Of a stretch of DNA of 64,000 bases, positions 58,508-64,000 are shown in pieces. The notes beneath the pieces were generated by a model. The model saw nothing but the letters and a program-made list of their open reading frames with translations, searched no databases and was not told where the DNA came from. This DNA is from a virus (Duplodnaviria > Caudoviricetes), in IMG/VR virus record IMGVR_UViG_2974784921_000001, positions 4,060 through 68,059 of that record; one strand, written 5' to 3'. How positions within the stretch are numbered: position 1 is the stretch's first letter; each line of letters opens with the position of its first letter. A program made the translations under genes and the position numbers.

Positions 58508-58709
58508 CAGACTTCTCCAATAATATGTCTAGATAACATTCATTTATTCTTCTACCTGTAAGGGAATCAATTAATACTGTCGTACCGCTTGATGTTGTTC
58601 TAATACCTGTAAACATCCTAGGTTCATCACATGGTTCAAAGAATCCAATCTCCTTTAACATTTCCGGTATTTCTTCCCTCTTGACAGTTGCATACGCTTT
58701 CTTAATCAT
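58491..58709 (-). CDS. Small paralog, IDS subfamily (LDILLEKS)
   Basis: KAYATV, PRMFTG, IDSLTG. Confidence 0.7.
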   Translation of the reverse strand: MIKKAYATVKREEIPEMLKEIGFFEPCDEPRMFTGIRTTSSGTTVLIDSLTGRRINECYLDILLEKSDESTS

Positions 58710-58896
58710 TAGGTTTCTCCATGATTATGTTTAGACAACCTTTAGGTACTTTTAGTCCAGTCATACTGTCTATCCATAACATACCTAGTTGAGTAAATAA
58801 CCTTGGTTTACCAAATGGTTTGTACCATTCCCGTTCATGTTTATATAATAGATAAATTCTAAGTTCCTCTTCATTGATTGTTGCCAGTACCTTCAT
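58702..58896 (-). CDS. Small paralog, IDS subfamily (LNIIMEKP)
   Basis: KVLATINEE, PRLFT, IDSMTG. Confidence 0.7.
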   Translation of the reverse strand: MKVLATINEEELRIYLLYKHEREWYKPFGKPRLFTQLGMLWIDSMTGLKVPKGCLNIIMEKPND

Positions 58897-59861
58897 CCAA
58901 ACATCTCCCTATACTCTGGTTCAACATACATGTCTTCACCATGGTAGAAGTTAACCATAGCTTTCTTGAATGCCTTACCTTGATAGTTAATGTGATACCC
59001 CTCTGAATACACACGACCATTCAAGTCCACATGATGGTTCATATAGAACTTGTTACCATGCTTGAACATCTCCAAGTACACATGGTTAGATTGCTCTGTG
59101 AATACTTCCCACTGCTTACGCTGTTCTTCTGTAATCTCTTGGTTCTTGTTCTTCTTACTTGGTTTCAGTACATCTTGAACTGTACGTAAGAAGTCAATAT
59201 CCAAACTGAAAGCAACATTGTTCAGACTGTTCATTACATCAAGGGATACAGTCTCATTGCTCTGATGCAGTCGTCCTAGTACCACTGGTTTACCACCGCA
59301 GTAGTATCCAGACATATGGTTATTAACCAAGGTACGTGGCTTACATATCATTGGAGGCAAATGCATAGACTGCTTTAGACGTAATGCTGTGTCTTCATCC
59401 AGACCATACTTAGGTGCAATGGCTACCACTGGTTGGTCTTGTATCTTCACAGGTGACACATGGCTAGGGTAAATATCCACTAGGTCAGCTTCACACATAT
59501 GAGCACATATCTCACCAACGGTCTTGATAGCCTCTAGGTAAGGAAGGTCTAGTGCAGAGTGACATCTACCTATGATTCCTGTTAAGGCTTGTACACGACT
59601 CTCCTGAGACAGTAGAGCCATAACATCTACCATGACTTCTTCTATCTGCTCCATGGTTACCTTAGATAGACGTACATTCTTTGATTCGTAGAAGTCTTTG
59701 TTTTTCCATTCCTCAATGAACTTAAGGCAAATACCAAACTTATCCACAATCTCTGGAGTATTCATTAAATCTTCTTTTACAAAGTCTCTTACATGTTTCT
59801 TCGAGTACTTCATTTCAATTGCAATTTGAGTTTTAACACGGTCACTTGATATCTGTATCAT
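58893..59861 (-). CDS. RNA polymerase II subunit 1 (N4 gp15-like)
   Basis: LPPMICKPR...NHMSGYY, LDVMN, FYMNHHVDLNGRVYSEGYHINYQG...KA. Confidence 0.9.
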   Translation of the reverse strand: MIQISSDRVKTQIAIEMKYSKKHVRDFVKEDLMNTPEIVDKFGICLKFIEEWKNKDFYESKNVRLSKVTMEQIEEVMVDVMALLSQESRVQALTGIIGRCHSALDLPYLEAIKTVGEICAHMCEADLVDIYPSHVSPVKIQDQPVVAIAPKYGLDEDTALRLKQSMHLPPMICKPRTLVNNHMSGYYCGGKPVVLGRLHQSNETVSLDVMNSLNNVAFSLDIDFLRTVQDVLKPSKKNKNQEITEEQRKQWEVFTEQSNHVYLEMFKHGNKFYMNHHVDLNGRVYSEGYHINYQGKAFKKAMVNFYHGEDMYVEPEYREMFG

Positions 59862-59930
59862 TGGTTTATTCCTAATCTATCTAGAACAAAAATACTTAAG
59901 TAATCACTACAGATTACCTAAGTACTATCG

Positions 59931-60068
59931 TTATTTAGTATTCATACATTGCTCGAAATCTGAAGCTGCTTGGCAAGCTCGGATATGTTGACCTTCAATC
60001 TGAACGTCAGCTATATATCCAATTGCTATACCAAACAGGAATACGAGAATGTGTGTTATGAGTTTCAT
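59931..60068 (-). CDS. 45 aa membrane peptide
   Basis: AAGGA SD before MKLITHILVFLFGIAIGY. Confidence 0.6.
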   Translation of the reverse strand: MKLITHILVFLFGIAIGYIADVQIEGQHIRACQAASDFEQCMNTK

Positions 60069-60091
60069 GATGGTTTCCTTCGAAGTTAAAC

Positions 60092-60114
60092 CATCGTTCG
60101 CTCGACAGAGCGAA
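60092..60114 (-). promoter_or_regulatory. Candidate vRNAP early promoter (tetraloop hairpin)
   Basis: CATCG-TTCGCTC-GACA-GAGCGAA upstream of the RNAP1 operon. Confidence 0.6.
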
Positions 60115-60137
60115 TGTGCTCGCAGAGCACACAGTGT

Positions 60138-60171
60138 AAAAAAAAGAGTGCACATCCCGAAGGACATGCAC
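60138..60171 (-). terminator. Terminator after the gp2-like gene
   Basis: Imperfect GTGCA..TCC-TTCG-GGA..TGCAC stem followed by a T8 run on the minus strand. Confidence 0.65.
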
Positions 60172-60178
60172 AATAGGT

Positions 60179-60460
60179 TTAGAATTCGCCGTAAGATGAA
60201 GCATCTTTGGTTTCAGCTACGACTTGAATCTCTGCTACCAAGGTAACAGTAATCTTTCCATCGTTAGCCTTAGCTTGCTCAATAAGAGCTTCAGACAGAC
60301 CACCAGTATCTACATTCAATGCAGTACCGTAAGTCTTGATACCCTGAAGAGGGAATTCCTGACCTTCTTTGTTCTTGATAGAACGTAGGTTCATCCAAGC
60401 ATCAGCTTTCTTTTGGTTTTCAGTAGTTGCTTGTTTTTGAGTTTCAGTTTGAAAAGCCAT
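60179..60460 (-). CDS. N4 gp2/Drc-like ssDNA-binding RNAPII cofactor
   Basis: MAF start after AAGGA; KKADAWMNL resembles N4 gp2 KAQFWLNI as recalled; early position upstream of RNAP1. Confidence 0.6.
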   Translation of the reverse strand: MAFQTETQKQATTENQKKADAWMNLRSIKNKEGQEFPLQGIKTYGTALNVDTGGLSEALIEQAKANDGKITVTLVAEIQVVAETKDASSYGEF

Positions 60461-60493
60461 AATAGTTTCCTTTTGGTTTATTGGTTTGATTTT

Positions 60494-60514
60494 CATTATC
60501 TGCCCGATAGGGCA
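60494..60514 (-). promoter_or_regulatory. Candidate vRNAP early promoter (tetraloop hairpin)
   Basis: CATTATC-TGCCC-GATA-GGGCA upstream of the gp2-like gene. Confidence 0.65.
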
Positions 60515-60519
60515 AGCAC

Positions 60520-60780
60520 TTAGATTGAAGCGATTTCGGACATTACTTCTTCCACTGCAATCTCACCACGGAGGTGTTTGATAGCAGACTTGAACAGCTC
60601 TTTTTTACGCAAGTAAGTATCAAAAGCTATTTCAAATTCTTGTGTATCAGCCATGACAGCTTGCTCAATATTGAGAGAGTCAGCTAACTCTTTATGAGCA
60701 GTAAAATTTTTAAGTCTAGGTACGGCTAATGACTCTAGTTTTTCTTGGATTAGAGTTAGTTTTTCTTTATTGGTTAGCAT
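60520..60780 (-). CDS. Hypothetical early protein
   Basis: AAGGA SD; helical. Confidence 0.65.
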   Translation of the reverse strand: MLTNKEKLTLIQEKLESLAVPRLKNFTAHKELADSLNIEQAVMADTQEFEIAFDTYLRKKELFKSAIKHLRGEIAVEEVMSEIASI

Positions 60781-60876
60781 AGGAGTCCTTGAGAACAGAT
60801 TTCTACAAATCTGTCCATTTTAGTTTAGGAATGAATGAATTGTGGTTTTATGAATTTAAACGAAATGATTGAATAA

Positions 60877-61098
60877 CTATTCAGTACAATATTGAGCAAT
60901 AAACTCTTGATGAGGTTTCAAAGCTTCTCTACGTTCTTTACTTGAGTTGAAAGCTGAACGATTGTACTCAATTGTCTCGATGGTTTTAGCAGCAAAGATA
61001 CAATCATCTTTGATAAGTAGTGGTTTAACAGCGTAGACAAATGCTGTTACTGCAATCAGCATAAGCACTGCTATTGCCAAGATATGGATTACTTTCAT
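60877..61098 (-). CDS. Small membrane-anchored early protein
   Basis: AAGG SD before MKVIHILAIAVLMLIAV. Confidence 0.6.
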   Translation of the reverse strand: MKVIHILAIAVLMLIAVTAFVYAVKPLLIKDDCIFAAKTIETIEYNRSAFNSSKERREALKPHQEFIAQYCTE

Positions 61099-61218
61099 TT
61101 GATTACCTTTTGGTTTTGTGGAGCAAGAGTAGCGCAAAAAAGACACCTATTATGTTGATGTAACTACCGCAGAGAACAAATAATACATTCAATACTCCTG
61201 ACGCATGAAACATTATTC

Positions 61219-61485
61219 TCATAGCATCACCTGTTCTACTATTTGATTAGCTTCGTAGATAGTTTCACTAATTTCTTTAGCTTCATGCAGCTTCTTAAGT
61301 ATAGGTACAGTCTCATTTGAATAAACGGTAGAAGCTTCTTCATAAGCTTTCTTTTGAGGAGAATCTGTAAACTCTGGAGTAGGTCTATTCTCGTACCATT
61401 CCTCCCAATGTTTCTCCCAATTTGGTTTACGCTCAACTAACTTGTTGATAGCTTGCTCATAGTATTCAGGTTCATGCAGTGTCAT
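61219..61485 (-). CDS. Hypothetical early protein
   Basis: GGAGATAACCATG start; downstream of a tetraloop hairpin. Confidence 0.6.
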   Translation of the reverse strand: MTLHEPEYYEQAINKLVERKPNWEKHWEEWYENRPTPEFTDSPQKKAYEEASTVYSNETVPILKKLHEAKEISETIYEANQIVEQVML

Positions 61486-61507
61486 GGTTATCTCCATTGG
61501 TTAGTTC

Positions 61508-61528
61508 TATTATTCACGCGATAGCGTG
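61508..61528 (-). promoter_or_regulatory. Candidate vRNAP early promoter (tetraloop hairpin)
   Basis: TATTATT-CACGC-GATA-GCGTG. Confidence 0.6.
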
Positions 61529-61529
61529 T

Positions 61530-61895
61530 TTACAGCTTATCAAGGAACTCTTGTTCTACTGCTTTCAATGCCTTGATGTATTCACCATAGTTACTCGTAC
61601 CATTCAGTACATCATGGTAAGCAAGTTCATAGGCAAAATTACCTTTACGGAAGTCAGACTTCTTATGTTTTGGATTGTCTAACTTACCCACTAACGTAAA
61701 CACTTTCTTGTCTGGCTTACCTCTTTGTGGAATCTCTTCACATACCAGTACACCTTGCTTTGCTAAGTTATCCAGTATTCTGTAAATCTGTTGATGCATG
61801 TTACCAGTAGCAATACGAATACTGATGTCGTATCCACTCATTGGTTCTTCACTTTTAAACAACATTACTTTGATAAGTTCTTCTAAGTTATACAT
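61530..61895 (-). CDS. PadR-family, AphA-like transcriptional regulator
   Basis: SGYDI, HQQIYR, QGVLVC, PQRGKPDKKVF match the Vibrio AphA winged helix as recalled. Confidence 0.85.
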   Translation of the reverse strand: MYNLEELIKVMLFKSEEPMSGYDISIRIATGNMHQQIYRILDNLAKQGVLVCEEIPQRGKPDKKVFTLVGKLDNPKHKKSDFRKGNFAYELAYHDVLNGTSNYGEYIKALKAVEQEFLDKL

Positions 61896-62103
61896 TTTCT
61901 TTCTCCATTATGATTTCAAATTCTGATGCTAAAAGGATACAGCCATTACCATAAATCCCTAATTCAGGGTTATCATCTGTATACACATCACCATTTTCTA
62001 TGTTGACTGTAATGACTTGACCGCATAACTCCTGTACGCTGTATTTCATCCCATCTCCCATTGCTATTGGTTTATTCTGTACCTTGATTACTGCTCTACG
62101 CAT
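61888..62103 (-). CDS. Small paralog family member (FEIIMEKE)
   Basis: RAVIKV, ELCGQVITV, TDDNPEL; closest by eye to 39437-39691. Confidence 0.7.
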   Translation of the reverse strand: MRRAVIKVQNKPIAMGDGMKYSVQELCGQVITVNIENGDVYTDDNPELGIYGNGCILLASEFEIIMEKENV

Positions 62104-62168
62104 AGGTTATCTCCAATGGTTAAACATACTCATGAGCACTGTCTCCAATGCTCATTGATATGGCTAAC

Positions 62169-62330
62169 TTAGAACTCAATCTCTAGGTCATGGAAGTAAT
62201 CCACATCCTCTTGAGTTGCATCTCTACCACTGTTGTCATGTGGTTTAGGATTCATTGCTTTATCAAAACTTTCCATAAGTTCTTCTGCGTCTTGTTCTGT
62301 AAATCCATAATCCAAGTCTCTAGGTGTCAT
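62169..62330 (-). CDS. 53 aa highly acidic early protein (not in ORF track)
   Basis: Starts at AAGGATTAACCAATG; MTPRDLDYGFTEQDAEELMESFD...EDVDYFHDLEIEF. Confidence 0.65.
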   Translation of the reverse strand: MTPRDLDYGFTEQDAEELMESFDKAMNPKPHDNSGRDATQEDVDYFHDLEIEF

Positions 62331-62333
62331 TGG

Positions 62334-62795
62334 TTAATCCTTAATTAAGAATGCTTTGTGGTAGATGAATACATTGGAAGGCAATGTATTTGTTAGAGGT
62401 TTAACTTGGTTTACAGTAAGTCCTCCAAACCCTACAGCAGGCATAGGTAAATGGAATGTATATTCAGGATTAGCTTCAGCTTTTACTCTTAAACAAAGTA
62501 CTGACAACTCTACTAACTCTATGGTTGAGTTATCTTTCCAGTGCTTCTTGGTTTGGAATGCTCCTACCATTACATCACTGTCCACTAGAGTCTTAAGACC
62601 ATATTCAGATAGATGTTCTATTTCTTTTCCCATGAGCTTAGGGATAGCAGGTACACAGTCTTTCATTGCTTTAGCATTACCTGCACCCATAACCAATTCA
62701 CCATTAGATTTGATGGTTGAGTTACCTGTAAATAAGTAAGCATTGAATGGTTCTAATTTGCTGTAATCAACTAGTCCTTTGATGTATTTAGGCAT
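62334..62795 (-). CDS. Macro-domain (ADP-ribose-processing) protein
   Basis: N...GELVMGAGNA, FQTKKHW, LPMPAVGFGGL. Confidence 0.85.
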   Translation of the reverse strand: MPKYIKGLVDYSKLEPFNAYLFTGNSTIKSNGELVMGAGNAKAMKDCVPAIPKLMGKEIEHLSEYGLKTLVDSDVMVGAFQTKKHWKDNSTIELVELSVLCLRVKAEANPEYTFHLPMPAVGFGGLTVNQVKPLTNTLPSNVFIYHKAFLIKD

Positions 62796-62798
62796 TGG

Positions 62799-63020
62799 TT
62801 ATTCCTTAGTGTATGGTGCAGCAATAAGTGGTGATATTGTGTCTTTACGTTCAGCAGGTTTGTTGATTTCTTTGATGTAATCCTCAATGCCTTTGTCAAA
62901 GTCTGTGTAATCATCAAAGTCTTTGGCTACTTGTATTTGTTTTTGCCAGTTGTCTAACGTATGTCCATTTTGATGATGGTTCTTTGCTTCGTTGTATCCA
63001 CGTTGTCTTTCAGGAGTCAC
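62799..63020 (-). CDS. Hypothetical early protein
   Basis: Starts at AAGGAATAACCAGTG. Confidence 0.65.
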   Translation of the reverse strand: MTPERQRGYNEAKNHHQNGHTLDNWQKQIQVAKDFDDYTDFDKGIEDYIKEINKPAERKDTISPLIAAPYTKE

Positions 63021-63033
63021 TGGTTATTCCTTT

Positions 63034-63234
63034 TTAATTAAATGCTCTATAGCCTTTTTCAATCATTAGCATCCAAATCAATTCATGTTTGACTTGAAGT
63101 TGAAACTGAGTATCAGGTTTAACTAATGCAAACTTTACATGCATTGTGAATGTTTCTGATAAAAGAGGAGTACTTGCCAATTCTTTTAGGCATGTCTCTA
63201 AATCTGCGGATGAGATATTTTCAATTGGTTCCAT
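63034..63234 (-). CDS. Hypothetical early protein
   Basis: Starts at AAGGAATAACCAATG. Confidence 0.6.
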   Translation of the reverse strand: MEPIENISSADLETCLKELASTPLLSETFTMHVKFALVKPDTQFQLQVKHELIWMLMIEKGYRAFN

Positions 63235-63264
63235 TGGTTATTCCTTATTCAAGTAATTGTATAT

Positions 63265-63286
63265 CATTGCTCACTCGATAGAGTGA
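63265..63286 (-). promoter_or_regulatory. Candidate vRNAP early promoter (tetraloop hairpin)
   Basis: CATTGC-TCACTC-GATA-GAGTGA. Confidence 0.6.
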
Positions 63287-63513
63287 ATGGATATGCTTGA
63301 TAGGTTGAGTGTGCTTAGGGTGAGAGTAACCGAAGGTTACAGGTTGAGATTGTGAAGGTATTTAGTTTAAAAAAGTATTAGATACACTCTAATTCTCACT
63401 GTGTGTACACGTAAGGCTATGGTTCTCATGATAATGAACATTGGTATGGCTAAGGTCTATCGTTGCTTAGGATGGCATACAGGTCTATCTGTGTGTATGT
63501 GTTGTGTATGTGT

Positions 63514-63542
63514 AAAAAAAATAAAGTAGCCCGAAGGCTACT
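63514..63542 (-). terminator. Rho-independent terminator after the gp1-like gene
   Basis: AGTAGCC-TTCG-GGCTACT-TTATTTTTTTT. Confidence 0.85.
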
Positions 63543-63546
63543 GTTA

Positions 63547-63789
63547 TTATTCTTCTGTATTGAGGTTACCGAACTTCTTGTTGAACTCTTGGTTGAGTTC
63601 ATCGTCATTGTTCAGCTTCTCCTTGAGTTGCTTAATCTTATCTTGGTTATTCAGGAACTCTTCCTTCTCGAATGTGGTAGCTGTATTCTCTGCTACTGAT
63701 GCTACTGATACGAATGCATTTGCGAACTTCTCTAGACCTAGGAAGAATGCTGCGATGGTAGTCCATAGTTGTGCTAGTGCTTTAAACAT
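63547..63789 (-). CDS. N4 gp1-like first early protein
   Basis: MFKALAQLWTTIAAFFLGLEKFANA resembles recalled N4-like gp1 proteins; position near the genome end. Confidence 0.6.
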   Translation of the reverse strand: MFKALAQLWTTIAAFFLGLEKFANAFVSVASVAENTATTFEKEEFLNNQDKIKQLKEKLNNDDELNQEFNKKFGNLNTEE

Positions 63790-63800
63790 AGTGATAGTCC

Positions 63801-63911
63801 TTATTGGTTAATGATGCTGTCGATGATTGCTAGGATGCCAATGCTGATTGCAATGGTGATGCCAATAGCATGAGCTGATTGAGTGATGTTAGTGAGTAGG
63901 ATGTCAAGCAT
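63801..63911 (-). CDS. 36 aa hydrophobic peptide (not in ORF track)
   Basis: MLDILLTNITQSAHAIGITIAISIGILAIIDSIINQ; its stop abuts the SD of the gp1-like gene. Confidence 0.45.
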   Translation of the reverse strand: MLDILLTNITQSAHAIGITIAISIGILAIIDSIINQ

Positions 63912-63940
63912 GTGATGTACTCATAGGTTAGTTATGTTTC

Positions 63941-63962
63941 TGTTATTAGCTCGTCAGAGCTA
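63941..63962 (-). promoter_or_regulatory. Candidate vRNAP early promoter (tetraloop hairpin)
   Basis: TGTTAT-TAGCTC-GTCA-GAGCTA upstream of the gp1-like gene. Confidence 0.6.
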
Positions 63963-64000
63963 GGTATGGGGGGGTATGCTCAGTATATGTAGGCTGAGTT

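Noticed and set aside
53677-58896. Paralog diversity produced by a diversity-generating retroelement
   Set aside because: No reverse transcriptase and no near-identical template/variable repeat pair seen.
59010-59031. RNAP1 motif reads DLNGR rather than DxRGR
   Set aside because: It still fits the DX2GR consensus; not enough to claim altered function.
63240-64000. tRNA genes or the terminal direct repeat in the non-coding end region (includes a G7 run at 63968-63974)
   Set aside because: No cloverleaf or T-loop motif seen; a terminal repeat cannot be verified without the other genome end.

Overview
This window is most of the genome of an N4-like (Schitoviridae) lytic podophage, probably infecting Vibrio (host is an inference, mainly from the AphA-like gene). 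It reads from the late region back towards the left end. On the + strand (1-24200) are two tail fibre/spike modules, portal, major capsid and virion proteins, and a ~3000 aa virion RNA polymerase with no cysteine seen. On the - strand (24222-64000) are the replication genes (RuvC-like resolvase, SSB, Sak4-like ATPase, primase, nuclease, PolA, helicase), a MoxR-AAA/vWA pair, the two RNAPII subunits, gp2- and gp1-like early genes and many small accessory ORFs. Two + strand islands interrupt this region: a structural gene pair and an endolysin/holin pair. The most notable observations are: (1) about 22 short, divergent paralogs with a shared scaffold ending in [FYL]-x-[IVL]-[ILV]-[LMIVF]-x-K, in five loci; (2) two classes of template-strand mini-hairpins, c-GNNA-g tetraloops before early genes and 7-bp-stem triloops before middle genes, each with fixed-spacing flanking bases, probably two promoter systems; (3) a recurring AAGGAATAACCAATG gene-junction motif; (4) a phage AphA-like regulator; (5) a resolvase with no canonical start codon. 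All calls come from reading motifs and synteny by eye; no database searches were run.
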